Notes: generated by a model not told the origin, from the letters alone. A DNA stretch of 64,000 bases from a bacterium (GCA_029258725.1 JAPDKE010000012.1:17314-81313); one strand, 5' to 3'; positions 48,905 through 58,725 are shown, counted from the first letter of the stretch. Made by a program: numbers and translations.

Positions 48905-49975
48905 TTATAAACCCATGAGATTTCTTGAAAGGTCACCGGGAAAGGTAAGGGGATACTCATCAAGCACCTCATTCCATTTTTTCTTTGCCTCTTCCTTTTT
49001 CCCCTCCTTCCAGAGTTCCTTTGCCTCACGATAGAGATAAAAAGGACGAAGGAAGGAAAGTGTATCGGGTTCTCCTTTAATATACCTTATCCAGGGGTCC
49101 CGGTACTCTCTCCCCTCACCCGTGAGCTTCTCTCCTGCATACCGGGAAACCTCCTCGGGGTCAGCAATTTTAAGCAAAAGGAGCAGATCCCCGGGAACAT
49201 CCTTTCCCATCCTCAAAGCCTCAGAGAGAACATCCCATGCCTTTTTTGTATTTCCCGAAGCAGCCCAGACAAGCGCCTCCTCCACCTTATCCTGCACAAA
49301 CTTCATACACTCCTCAAACTTCCCTTCCTTTATAAGCTGACTTACCCTCAATCTTTTTACCGCATCTCCATATTTTTCCTCGCCTATATATTTTTTCCAT
49401 TTTGAATAAACCACCTCTGCCTCTTCAAACCTCTCTGAGGATACAAGCCCGGAAAAAATCCTGCCCGCAACAAATCTTGCCCTTTTTGTTTTTGAAACAT
49501 GTTCAAAACATCTCCGAAACTCCTCACCCTCAACTGCAAGAAGAACCGCCTTTATCTCTTCAGGGGATAGAACCTTTACAGGTGATGAGAGGAAAATCTC
49601 AACCGCCTTTTCTTTTTCCTTTTTTTCCAGGAGCGGAACTATGAAAAAGTGCCTGTATTCCTGAGGAGAGCATTCTAAAAGAATAAGCAGACTGTCCCTT
49701 TTCACCTTTCTCAGTTCTTTAACAATCCTTTTTCTCACAAGAGGTCTTGAAAAAAGTATGGGTAAACCATCGCATCCAAGATATCTCCAGTATGGCAAAA
49801 ACTCCCTTCTTGGTCCATGCTCCCTTATTCCCTTTTCAAGATATTTTTTCACTTCATCGTATCTCTTTTCACGCTCAAGCCCGGAGAGAATTTTTACATA
49901 GAGAGCAACAGGATGCCTCTCCTTCAACTCAAACTCCCTCAACCACTGCTCAAGGGCAAATACAATCCACATCAT
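48905..49975 (-). CDS. hypothetical helical (TPR-like) protein
   Basis: 356-aa ORF; ATGA-type overlap with upstream giant ORF. Confidence 0.5.
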   Translation of the reverse strand: MMWIVFALEQWLREFELKERHPVALYVKILSGLEREKRYDEVKKYLEKGIREHGPRREFLPYWRYLGCDGLPILFSRPLVRKRIVKELRKVKRDSLLILLECSPQEYRHFFIVPLLEKKEKEKAVEIFLSSPVKVLSPEEIKAVLLAVEGEEFRRCFEHVSKTKRARFVAGRIFSGLVSSERFEEAEVVYSKWKKYIGEEKYGDAVKRLRVSQLIKEGKFEECMKFVQDKVEEALVWAASGNTKKAWDVLSEALRMGKDVPGDLLLLLKIADPEEVSRYAGEKLTGEGREYRDPWIRYIKGEPDTLSFLRPFYLYREAKELWKEGKKEEAKKKWNEVLDEYPLTFPGDLSRNLMGL

Positions 49976-52782
49976 CTCGTTATCCTCCTCATGTACTCCA
50001 TTATCATATCCCTGTATCCTTCGGGAATCCCCTTCTTCATCTCCTCCTCAAACTGCCTCTTTATCCACAGTTTTCTCTCTCCCAGGTCAGGTGGAGGATG
50101 GGGAATCTCAGGAGGATAGTAAAGCCCGGGTTTTGAACGCCTCTTTTTTGAAAACCTCCTCTTCCTCATCGCCCGTTCTGCCTCAATGAAGTGCTGCAGC
50201 GTTTTTTTCTGGCGCTCAAGCAGTTTCTCATCCAGCATTCCCTTCTCAAGTTGTTTTGCCATCTCCCTCATTTCCTCTGCAAGGGAGGAGAACATCTCCC
50301 CCAGTCCTTCGGCTTTCTCGGCAAGTTTTCTCATCTGCTCCGCAAGTTTTCTTGCCCCTTCCTCCCTCTGTGGGGATGGAAGGGGGATCAGTGCCTTCAT
50401 CCCTGCCCCCAGACTTCTCATCTGTTTCAGAATGGATGCCAGGGTTGCCAGGGGAGAACCCCCACCCTCAGGCTGCTGTAAGAGATGGAACATGGCAAGT
50501 TTTATCTCCCTTTCCACCCTTTCCCTGTCAAAATCCTCGGGATTATTCAGTTCCCTTATTGCATTGTTTATATGTGCAAGGGCACGGGGGGAAAAGGCAA
50601 GGGTTTTCAGAAGCAATTTTTCCGCCTCCTCCCTTGCCCTCCTCAATGCATCCTTTATCCCTGCCTGTTTTAAAATCTCGTAATCCCCATCCATCACGTC
50701 CTCTTCTTCCTCAAGCAGGAAGTAAAGGGAAAAGGCAAGTTTCTTAATCCTTTCCATATCCTCCGGAGATGCAAGCATTGCACCCTCTGCATTCTCAATC
50801 CGGGATGATAAATTCTCCAGGTTTTTCATTATCTTCTGGAAAAGTGCCTCATCCCATTCCCCTTTTTCCATTTTTTCAGACAACCTTTTCATACAACTGC
50901 ATACCTTTCCCGATATTTTGAATTTCTCAAGTTCCTTCTCCAGCTCCTCCATCTTTTCCGCAAGGGATTTTTCTCTCCGGGCATAATCTTCCGGTGAAGA
51001 CGGTGCTTCTTTTCCTATTTTCTCCTGCTCCTCCTTCACCCCTTCAACCTCCTCCTTGATCATCCTCAGGTCCATGAGTTTTTTTATCTTCTCCAGCATC
51101 TTTCTTCCCATTCTGAGTGCGGAGAGGAGTCTTTTCTCATCCAGCTGGAGTTCCTCAAGGGACCTGGTTTCAACATCCTGACTTATTGTCTCAAGGTCAA
51201 GGGAGGAAAGGAGTTCCTCTATGAGTTTCATCTCCCTGCTTACCTCCTCGGAAGAAAGAACCTCGGCAAGTTTTTTGAGACGTTCAAGTTTCTCCACAAG
51301 TCTTTTATGCTCCTCCAGGGTCTCCCTTATCCTCTCCGCCTCCTCCCATGTAATCTCTCCCTTCTCAAGGGCATCCTCCATCTGCTCAACCAGTTTTTCC
51401 GACGTTTGCTCCGCCTCCCTGAACTCATCCCCCATCTTTTCTGTGAATACCTCTATTTCCTCGAATATTTCTTCAAGTTCCGGGGCATGGAGAACAATCC
51501 TTGCCGTGTATTCCTGTTCCCTCATGTCCCTTGCGGTTGCAGTTACAACAACGGAATCGCCGGGGAAGAGTTCCGGAAATGCAAGCGTGTCTTCCCACTC
51601 CACCTCAATCTCCCCTTCAACCTTCATCCTCCACCTATCTTCTCCAGCAGTGATAATTATCTCCTTCAATCCATAGTCGTCCTCAGCCCTTATGGACACC
51701 TCCGTTGCCATTGTCTCATCAAGCTTTGTTCCGGAGGGAGGATAGAGAAATGTGATGAAGGGAGGGCGGTCCGGGATGGGATGGATGAAAAAGGTAAGTT
51801 TTTCAGGGGAGGGGGTCAGGGTCGTGTCAAAGAGAACAAGGTCAACGGTGTCGTTTTCTTCAATGATAAACCTCCCCCGGAATGAACTCCCATCAACCTT
51901 AAATTTCTTTTTACCCAGGGTTACTTTACCCAGAGGAAGGTCTGATTCTCCCGCCATTTCTATCCGGGTTTCCACCGGTGCAACCACATTTGTATTCCAT
52001 CCGGTATCAACAACCGGAGGAATTCCCAGGTATTCTGGATAGTGATAGGTGATGGTGAGTTTAACAAGATGTGGGTTTGGGACAGGGATTATGGGGATTC
52101 TCTTTCTGAACCAGCGGTATAAAACCGTTATGGTGTCCCTCTTTCCCGGGATAAGAAAAAGGAAAGCCCCTTTTATTTTCCTTCCCTCCATGCGATTTCC
52201 ATCCGAATAAACAAAGAGCCTGGGAAAGGGTGCCTCAACCCTTAAAATACCATACCTTCCCTCATGGAGATTATGGGGAGGGAAAATCTTTACACAAGGG
52301 GAAGAAAAACAGGGGGAAATAAAAAAGAAGGGAAAAACAAAAATGAGTGGGAGAAGATAAATATAAAAAGGTACAGGCGGAAGAAAATCGCGCTCGTTTA
52401 TCCCTTCCAGCCTTTTTGAGGCATATTCCTCAGCCATTTTAAAAAGGTCCTCTGATTCACCCTCCCTCAACCCATCATTTACAAGAAAGAGGCATCCCTT
52501 TAAATCAAGTTTTTCCTCAAGTTGCCTTATAACATCCATTCTTCGTGGCAACCTGCGGAAAAGAAAAAGGAAAGGGAGAAAAGATATAAAAATCCCGAGA
52601 CCCCACTCAGAAGGGAAAAGATAAAACCGGCGGTGGAAGATGGAAAGGAGGAAGTAAATGAAAAAGGAGAGAAGGAGGGAAAGAGAAAGCCTGTAAAGAA
52701 TTTCCCTTCTTCTCTTTCCTTTAAGTATTCTCTTTATCTTCTTGAGCCAAACTTCGGTATCCTGAAGGTGCATGCCGAACAC
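49972..52782 (-). CDS. large membrane-anchored protein: N-terminal double TM, beta-rich middle, about 450-aa E/K-rich coiled coil, C-terminal basic region
   Basis: 936-aa ORF; two hydrophobic helices (LSLSLLLSFFIYFLLSIF, GLGIFISFLPFLFLF); no NTPase motifs. Confidence 0.6.
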   Translation of the reverse strand: MFGMHLQDTEVWLKKIKRILKGKRRREILYRLSLSLLLSFFIYFLLSIFHRRFYLFPSEWGLGIFISFLPFLFLFRRLPRRMDVIRQLEEKLDLKGCLFLVNDGLREGESEDLFKMAEEYASKRLEGINERDFLPPVPFYIYLLPLIFVFPFFFISPCFSSPCVKIFPPHNLHEGRYGILRVEAPFPRLFVYSDGNRMEGRKIKGAFLFLIPGKRDTITVLYRWFRKRIPIIPVPNPHLVKLTITYHYPEYLGIPPVVDTGWNTNVVAPVETRIEMAGESDLPLGKVTLGKKKFKVDGSSFRGRFIIEENDTVDLVLFDTTLTPSPEKLTFFIHPIPDRPPFITFLYPPSGTKLDETMATEVSIRAEDDYGLKEIIITAGEDRWRMKVEGEIEVEWEDTLAFPELFPGDSVVVTATARDMREQEYTARIVLHAPELEEIFEEIEVFTEKMGDEFREAEQTSEKLVEQMEDALEKGEITWEEAERIRETLEEHKRLVEKLERLKKLAEVLSSEEVSREMKLIEELLSSLDLETISQDVETRSLEELQLDEKRLLSALRMGRKMLEKIKKLMDLRMIKEEVEGVKEEQEKIGKEAPSSPEDYARREKSLAEKMEELEKELEKFKISGKVCSCMKRLSEKMEKGEWDEALFQKIMKNLENLSSRIENAEGAMLASPEDMERIKKLAFSLYFLLEEEEDVMDGDYEILKQAGIKDALRRAREEAEKLLLKTLAFSPRALAHINNAIRELNNPEDFDRERVEREIKLAMFHLLQQPEGGGSPLATLASILKQMRSLGAGMKALIPLPSPQREEGARKLAEQMRKLAEKAEGLGEMFSSLAEEMREMAKQLEKGMLDEKLLERQKKTLQHFIEAERAMRKRRFSKKRRSKPGLYYPPEIPHPPPDLGERKLWIKRQFEEEMKKGIPEGYRDMIMEYMRRITR

Positions 52783-53354
52783 ATTCCTTTATTTATTCTT
52801 TTATGCGTCACGGAGAAAAAGTAAACCTTTCCATCCTTTATAACACTCCACTCTACAGGGAATGCATCGTAGTCTCCAACTCTTTCAAATGAAGTATAAT
52901 CTATCTCAACACGTTCAGGACTTTCAATAACAACCTTCTTTATAACCCCGTCCGCATCCAGGTATGCCTCCCCCTTTATCCCCTTTCCCTTAAACTCAAT
53001 AATCCTCTCCTTCTTCCATTTTCTATTTTCCGGCATGAAGTGTAGCCAGTCAACAGCGCAGAGGTTTTCAAATGTATAAAAGGGAACCTCCTCAACCCGT
53101 GCGCGCTTCATATCCACACGCCATAGTTTTTCTCCATCGTATATGAGACTGTAATCCTTCACCCATCCTATCTCACTTTTTCTGTAAACCACAATCCTGT
53201 ATTTTGGCTCGGACCTCATCCACTGATAGGAAAACTTCACATCCTCCCCCACTATCTCTATCTTCATATCCCTTATCGCCTCATCCCACGCCTTTTTCCT
53301 TTCGTCTATCAGCAAAAAGGGATTGGAGGTTGAAAGGCATAAAAGGAATATCAT
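52734..53354 (-). CDS. hypothetical protein with hydrophobic N-terminus (possible lipoprotein, LolA-like size)
   Basis: 206-aa ORF, MIFLLCLSTS N-terminus. Confidence 0.5.
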   Translation of the reverse strand: MIFLLCLSTSNPFLLIDERKKAWDEAIRDMKIEIVGEDVKFSYQWMRSEPKYRIVVYRKSEIGWVKDYSLIYDGEKLWRVDMKRARVEEVPFYTFENLCAVDWLHFMPENRKWKKERIIEFKGKGIKGEAYLDADGVIKKVVIESPERVEIDYTSFERVGDYDAFPVEWSVIKDGKVYFFSVTHKRINKGMCSACTFRIPKFGSRR

Positions 53355-54040
53355 GGAATGCCTCCTTTCTTCAGGAATTCAACAAACTCGTGGAGGTCAT
53401 TTACAACAAGGTCGGGTTCATGAATTCCATCCGTGTTCTCTCCAGTTTTTACAAGAACCGAAAAAATCCCCAGATTCTTTGCCCCATCCACATCAGCATC
53501 CTTTCTGTCCCCTATGTGCACGGCATCCTGAGCATCCATCCCTGCCCTTTTGAGCGCGTAAAGGAAAATACCGGGTTCCGGCTTTCTTACACCCACATCT
53601 ATGGAAAAAACAGGATAATCTATGAGTTCAAGAACACCGAGTTCCTTCAGTTTTTCCTTTTCCACATCTCCGTAGGGAGTATTGGATATTATTCCCGTCC
53701 TTATTCCTTTCCCCTTGAGAAACTCAAGCGTCTCCTTTACGCCAGGGAGTAAAGATACGGGAAGTTTTCTCGTGGTTTCGGGATAAACCCTTCCAAGAGA
53801 GGAATCACCCTTACCCAGGAAAAGGGAAAGGAACCTTCCCGCCTCCTCCACCGGAACCTCCCTGGGATAAAGTGCCTCCACCACCTCTCTTGTTCTCAAA
53901 AGCGCCTCCCTTATCTTTTCCTCCGGGAGGGAGGTTTTTTGCCTGAGGTATTCAATCCTCAGGCTCATCAGATAATCACTGTAATCCTCTCTCGCAGGCT
54001 TTATAAGTGTCCACCAGCAGTCAAAGAATACAACCTTCAT
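53351..54040 (-). CDS. HAD-superfamily hydrolase with non-canonical motif I (FFDCWWT)
   Basis: HAD motifs II-IV (ISNT, K..., GDRKDADVDGAKNLG); motif I lacks second Asp. Confidence 0.6.
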   Translation of the reverse strand: MKVVFFDCWWTLIKPAREDYSDYLMSLRIEYLRQKTSLPEEKIREALLRTREVVEALYPREVPVEEAGRFLSLFLGKGDSSLGRVYPETTRKLPVSLLPGVKETLEFLKGKGIRTGIISNTPYGDVEKEKLKELGVLELIDYPVFSIDVGVRKPEPGIFLYALKRAGMDAQDAVHIGDRKDADVDGAKNLGIFSVLVKTGENTDGIHEPDLVVNDLHEFVEFLKKGGIP

Positions 54041-54304
54041 GGGAATAAATTAAGCATAATTCTTACGAATGTCAATTGGAAAATGGGTCAGGATACTGTG
54101 CTCATACACATGCACCCGGAGAATTTCATACATTTATACAGGGGATATATACAGCCCGGCTTACTGCGCCTGGAAGTTCTTTCCATCAAGGGATGGCGTA
54201 CAGAATAATAGCAGATGCCGGTGGTCCCAACAATGATAACCACGGAGAGGTTGACCTCACGGTGAAATAATCAGAAGAGATATGCTTCGTCATAAATCCT
54301 TATG

Positions 54305-54352
54305 CCACAATATCTTGTGCTTTTTCAGAATTTAAACCACAATATATAGTAT
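54305..54352 (+). promoter_or_regulatory. two NrdR-box-like 16-bp palindromes (CCACAATATCTTGTGC and CCACAATATATAGTAT) 32 bp apart
   Basis: Match to NrdR box consensus acaCwAtATaTwGtgt from memory; located just upstream of nrdD promoter. Confidence 0.6.
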
Positions 54353-54359
54353 TTTCCCC

Positions 54360-54388
54360 TTGACAATCCCTTTTAAATGTTTTATCAT
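54360..54388 (+). promoter_or_regulatory. TTGACA-N17-TATCAT promoter for nrdD
   Basis: Hexamers read directly; 29 nt upstream of AAAGGAGGTGAG-ATG. Confidence 0.5.
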
Positions 54389-54416
54389 TTTTCGAACCCT
54401 GCAAAAAGGAGGTGAG

Positions 54417-56516
54417 ATGGAGAGGCTTGTAAGAAAAAGGGACGGCAAGATTGTTGAGTATGACAGAGGAAGAATTGTAAGGGCGGTCCGTCTTGCAATG
54501 GAGGCGTGTGAGGTGGAGGGGGACCCTGAAGAGATAGCAAAGGCGGTTGAGATTCAGCTCCACCGGACATTTTTCAGAAGGGGGAGTATTCCCCACGTTG
54601 AGGAGATACAGGACCTTGTGGAAAGGACCCTCATGGAGAGGGGGTTCCACGAGGTTGCAAAGGCTTACATTCTTTATCGCCAGAAAAGGAAGGAGGCAAG
54701 GGAGTTAAAGAGTACCCTTGAGGAGGCAGAAAAACTCATAGAGCAGTATATTTCAAGAGAGGACTGGAGGGTGAACGAAAACTCCAACATGAACTATTCA
54801 CTTCAGGGATTGAATTTCTACATTTCCTCTTCAATCACCGCACGGTACTGGCTCAACCGGATATACACCGAGGACATAAAGAGGGCGCACGACGATGGGG
54901 ATTTTCACATTCACGACCTTGGAATTCTTGGACCATACTGTGTTGGATGGGACCTTGAGGAACTTCTGAGAAGTGGATTCAGGGGAGTGGAGGGGAAGAT
55001 AGAATCTGCCCCAGCAAAGCACTTCAGGACCGCTCTTGGGCAGGTTGTAAACTTCTTCTACACCCTCCAGGGAGAGGCAGCAGGGGCACAGGCATTCAGC
55101 AACTTTGATACCCTCCTTGCTCCATTCATCCGCTACGACAGGCTTTCCTATAAAGAAGTGAAACAGGCAATGCAGGAATTCCTTTTCAATCTCAATGTTC
55201 CAACCAGGGTTGGATTCCAGACTCCATTCACAAACATCACCATGGACCTCACTGTTCCGGAAATGTTTAAAGACAGACCTGTCATCTGGGCTGGAAGGGA
55301 GATGGAGAATACCTACGGTGACTTCCAGGACGAGATGAACATGATAAATCGTGCGTTTGCCGAACTCATGATGGAGGGAGATGCTAAAGGGAGAATATTC
55401 ACATTCCCCATTCCCACCTACAACATCTCAAAGGATTTTGACTGGGAGAATGAGAATCTTGAGCCAATATGGGAGATGACGGGTAAGTATGGAATCCCCT
55501 ACTTCTCAAACTTTGTGAATTCTGATATGAAGCCAGAGGATGCCCGCTCCATGTGCTGCAGGCTCAGGCTTGACAACAGAGAACTGAGAAAGCGTGGAGG
55601 AGGATTATTCGGTGCAAATCCATTAACCGGCTCCATCGGGGTTGTTACGATAAACCTTCCCAGAATAGGATATCTCTCCAGGACGGAGGAGGAGTTCTTT
55701 GAGAGGCTTGAGCATCTTATGATTCTTGCAAAGAATTCTCTTGAAATGAAGAGAAAGGTTATTGAGGACCTCACTGAGAAGGGGCTCTATCCGTATTCAA
55801 GGGTTTATCTCAGGGCAATAAAGGAATCACAGGGAAGGTACTGGGCAAATCACTTCTCCACCATAGGGCTTGTCGGAATGAACGAGGCATGCATGAACTT
55901 CCTGGGGGTTCCCATCTCCACACCCGAGGGTAAGGAGTGGGCAATAAAGGTCTTGAAGTTCATGAGGGAAAAACTCAGCGATTTTCAGGAGGAAACGGGT
56001 AATTTTTACAATCTTGAGGCAACCCCTGCAGAGGGTGCATCCTACCGGCTTGCGAAGAAGGATAAGGAGAGGTTTTCCAGAATATACACCCAGGGAGATG
56101 AGGATGCTCCGTATTACACAAACTCTGTTCATCTTCCTGTGAACGAGGAGCACGACATATTTGAACTGCTTGAGCATCAGGACGACCTCCAGGTTCTCTT
56201 TACCGGTGGAACGGTCGTTCACCTCTTCCTTGGAGAGCCTGTGAGGGACTGGAGGGTTGTGAGGGACCTTGTGAGGAGTATCGTTACAAACTTCAGGCTT
56301 CCTTATTTCAGTATAACCCCAACCTTCTCCATCTGCCCTGTCCATGGATACATCCCTGGAGAACATGAGGTCTGTCCATATCCCCACACCGAGGAACAGC
56401 TTAGAAGATACGGTGTTGTGATTGAGATGGATGAGGAGGAACTCTCCCGTCTGCCCCAGGGTGCTTATGTAATAGAGGACGGAGGAGAGAAGAAAACTCT
56501 TTATCTTGACATATAA
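54417..56516 (+). CDS. nrdD: anaerobic ribonucleoside-triphosphate reductase (class III), catalytic large fragment lacking the C-terminal glycyl-radical motif
   Basis: N-terminal ATP-cone (VRKRDGKIVEYDRGRI), class III core; C-terminal Cys/His cluster CPVHGY...CPYPH; terminates TAA before glycyl radical motif. Confidence 0.85.
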   Translation: MERLVRKRDGKIVEYDRGRIVRAVRLAMEACEVEGDPEEIAKAVEIQLHRTFFRRGSIPHVEEIQDLVERTLMERGFHEVAKAYILYRQKRKEARELKSTLEEAEKLIEQYISREDWRVNENSNMNYSLQGLNFYISSSITARYWLNRIYTEDIKRAHDDGDFHIHDLGILGPYCVGWDLEELLRSGFRGVEGKIESAPAKHFRTALGQVVNFFYTLQGEAAGAQAFSNFDTLLAPFIRYDRLSYKEVKQAMQEFLFNLNVPTRVGFQTPFTNITMDLTVPEMFKDRPVIWAGREMENTYGDFQDEMNMINRAFAELMMEGDAKGRIFTFPIPTYNISKDFDWENENLEPIWEMTGKYGIPYFSNFVNSDMKPEDARSMCCRLRLDNRELRKRGGGLFGANPLTGSIGVVTINLPRIGYLSRTEEEFFERLEHLMILAKNSLEMKRKVIEDLTEKGLYPYSRVYLRAIKESQGRYWANHFSTIGLVGMNEACMNFLGVPISTPEGKEWAIKVLKFMREKLSDFQEETGNFYNLEATPAEGASYRLAKKDKERFSRIYTQGDEDAPYYTNSVHLPVNEEHDIFELLEHQDDLQVLFTGGTVVHLFLGEPVRDWRVVRDLVRSIVTNFRLPYFSITPTFSICPVHGYIPGEHEVCPYPHTEEQLRRYGVVIEMDEEELSRLPQGAYVIEDGGEKKTLYLDI

Positions 56517-56529
56517 AAAGGGGGAGAGC

Positions 56530-56697
56530 ATGGAGAAGAAGAAGGTAAAGGTAAGGGTTATAAAGCCCGAGATTTATTCAAGAGTCGTTGGTTATTACAG
56601 ACCTGTCCAGAACTGGAACAAAGGCAAAAAGAAGGAGTTTGAGGACAGGAGGTACCTGAGGATTGATAAAGTCCTTTCAGGGAGTAAGTCTCATTGA
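56530..56697 (+). CDS. stand-alone NrdD C-terminal glycyl-radical peptide (55 aa)
   Basis: YSRVVGYYRPVQNWNKGKKKEFEDR = canonical NrdD glycyl radical motif; own SD AAAGGGGGAG 4 nt before ATG; different frame from nrdD. Confidence 0.65.
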   Translation: MEKKKVKVRVIKPEIYSRVVGYYRPVQNWNKGKKKEFEDRRYLRIDKVLSGSKSH

Positions 56698-57352
56698 CTT
56701 TCCCGGGGTTGTATCCTCCATAGTGTTTATAGGGGGATGCAACTTCCGGTGTCCTTTCTGCCATAATCCTGAACTGGTTCTCCCTGAAAGACTTGCTTCC
56801 ATCCCATCTCTTTCTCCTGAAGAGGTTTTAAAGAAAATAGAGAGAAGGAAGAATTTTATAAAGGGAGTGGAGTTCACGGGTGGGGAGCCTCTGCTTTTTC
56901 CAGGACTCATGGAGATGGTTAAGGAGGTAAAGAAGATGGGGTTGAGGGTTAAGATAGATACAAATGGCTCTCTTCCTGAAAGACTTTCTTCTTTTCTTGG
57001 AATTGCTGATTATGTTGCAATGGACCTGAAGAGTTCCTTTGAAAGGTACTCTGAGGCTGCGGGGGTTGATGTGGACCTGGAGCGTATAAAGGAATCTATC
57101 GAGCTCATTAAAAAATTTCCTGATTATGAATTCAGGACGACCGTGGTCCCAGGGCTTGCAGGGAAGGAAGAGATAGTTGAGGTGGTGGAATATATAAAAG
57201 ATGCAAAAAGATATGTGCTTCAGGGATTCAGGGGGATAAAGACGCTTGATGAAAAATATGAAAAAATACCCCCTCCTTCCAGAACATATCTCGAAGATAT
57301 AAAAAGAGAAATAGAGGGGAAGGTTGGGGAAGTGTTGATAAGGAATGTTTGA
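56663..57352 (+). CDS. nrdG: anaerobic ribonucleotide reductase activating protein (radical SAM)
   Basis: GGCNFRCPFCHN CxxxCxxC motif, SLIDFPG N-terminal motif; TTG start after AGGAGGT; overlaps small ORF by 35 nt. Confidence 0.8.
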   Translation: MIKSFQGVSLIDFPGVVSSIVFIGGCNFRCPFCHNPELVLPERLASIPSLSPEEVLKKIERRKNFIKGVEFTGGEPLLFPGLMEMVKEVKKMGLRVKIDTNGSLPERLSSFLGIADYVAMDLKSSFERYSEAAGVDVDLERIKESIELIKKFPDYEFRTTVVPGLAGKEEIVEVVEYIKDAKRYVLQGFRGIKTLDEKYEKIPPPSRTYLEDIKREIEGKVGEVLIRNV

Positions 57353-57426
57353 ATTTACTTTATCACCCCCGTGGTTCCCATTCTACGGAGTTTCACCTTC
57401 CCTGATTACCTCAAACATGAATGATT

Positions 57427-57693
57427 TTACAGGTATCCCTCAAATTGAGAAAGGTCTTTAAACCAGTGCAGTCCACCTATAACCATGTAAACCTTCCCCA
57501 CACGCTCAGCAGCCTCCACAAAAACCGGAAGCCCCGGATGGCAGTATCCAACAACTATCGCTCCTTTCTGGGGTTCAAGGACCATTGCATGCTCTATTCC
57601 GAATGTAACAGAATCTTTTTCTCTCCGTGCACTAAAAGTGCAAAACCCAGTGTGCAAAGAGTCCCTTTTTACCTGTTTCATTATCATAAACAA
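57427..57693 (-). pseudogene. fragment resembling C-terminal part of an MBL-fold metallo-hydrolase
   Basis: AIVVGYCHPGLPVFVEAA...VYMVIGGLH pattern; no room for N-terminal domain. Confidence 0.25.
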
Positions 57694-57732
57694 TCAAGAA
57701 GCGAAGGGGCACCTGCCATGGTTAAAAACACC

Positions 57733-58410
57733 TCAGAACCTGAAGTTAAGCGAAAATCTGGTGAAGGTTAAACCGAAGAGGTAAGAGAAGATGCTCTCGT
57801 AGGTGTCCGTAGTATTGTCCCAGGAGTATTCATAGGTGTAAGACGAACTTCCCTTAAATCCCTGGATACCAAACTCTGCACCAACACTGAAGGATGAGGA
57901 AAAGAAGTACTCCCCTCCAATTCCTGCCTTGAAAAGGTAAGGGGAAAGGAATTCTTCTATGGATTCCTTATCTTCCTCTTCCAGTTCAGTCGTATCAGAA
58001 TACTCACCCGTCACATTACCCATACTATCATAATATGCCCAGTGGTAGACGTACTTTCCTGAACAGAAGGCAAACACCTTGGACCCGACCAGGAAGAAGT
58101 AAAAAGAAGATTTCATTTCTTCTGGTGTGTGCATAAACCACTTAATTCCAATTCCAGGAATAACAAAAAAGAGATCCCCTGTGAGTTTTTCACCCGTAGT
58201 ATACACACGCGTGCCCTCTACCGTCTCCTCATACCTGTATTCCCATGAGTAATGGTACTTAGCACCTTCGAGACTCATATAAGGGCATATTTTTCCGAAT
58301 CCATATCCTATCCCCATGGTATTGAGAAATCCTCCTTTGTAAACACTGAATACCACCCTTCCGGGTAGAAAGAGGGGCAAAAAGAAAAGAAGAATAGAGA
58401 GTCTTTTCAT
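57733..58410 (-). CDS. outer-membrane beta-barrel-like protein
   Basis: Signal peptide MKRLSILLFFLPLFLPG, alternating aromatic/hydrophilic beta pattern, C-terminal ...LNFRF. Confidence 0.6.
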   Translation of the reverse strand: MKRLSILLFFLPLFLPGRVVFSVYKGGFLNTMGIGYGFGKICPYMSLEGAKYHYSWEYRYEETVEGTRVYTTGEKLTGDLFFVIPGIGIKWFMHTPEEMKSSFYFFLVGSKVFAFCSGKYVYHWAYYDSMGNVTGEYSDTTELEEEDKESIEEFLSPYLFKAGIGGEYFFSSSFSVGAEFGIQGFKGSSSYTYEYSWDNTTDTYESIFSYLFGLTFTRFSLNFRF

Positions 58411-58600
58411 ATAACACCTCCCTGTACCACAGGTTACGCAGGTGCCCCTTCTTTCAATATATTCTGGCAGAAAATCTCCATATGTGTCAAGAGCGATTCT
58501 TCCCAATTTTCCCTCAGGCGTTCACCTTCCTGAAAAACGCGGGATTTCACAGAAGAAGGGAGTAAATAGTATGATTCAGTAGAAATCAAAAAATAAAAGT

Positions 58601-58720
58601 GCCCGGCACCGTCCTACTCTCCCACTCCCTTGCGGGAGCAGTACCATCGGCCCTGGAGGGCTTAACTTCCGAGTTCGGAATGGGATCGGGTGTTTCCCCT
58701 CCGGTATGGGCACCGGGCAG
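58601..58720 (-). rRNA. rrf: 5S ribosomal RNA
   Basis: Minus-strand sequence CUGCCCGGUGCCCAUACCGG...CCGAUCCCAUUCCGAACUCGGAAGUUAAGC...GGGAGAGUAGGACGGUGCCGGGC matches 5S consensus and helix I pairing; U-rich tract after 3' end. Confidence 0.9.
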
Positions 58721-58725
58721 TATGA

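Noticed and set aside
50186-50683. 165-aa + strand ORF
   Set aside because: Antisense to the 936-aa gene; Ser-rich, no start context.
54041-54300. Possible cobalamin or other riboswitch upstream of nrdD
   Set aside because: Class III RNR is not B12-dependent and no B12-box or other riboswitch consensus could be recognised; the region is better explained by NrdR boxes plus the promoter.
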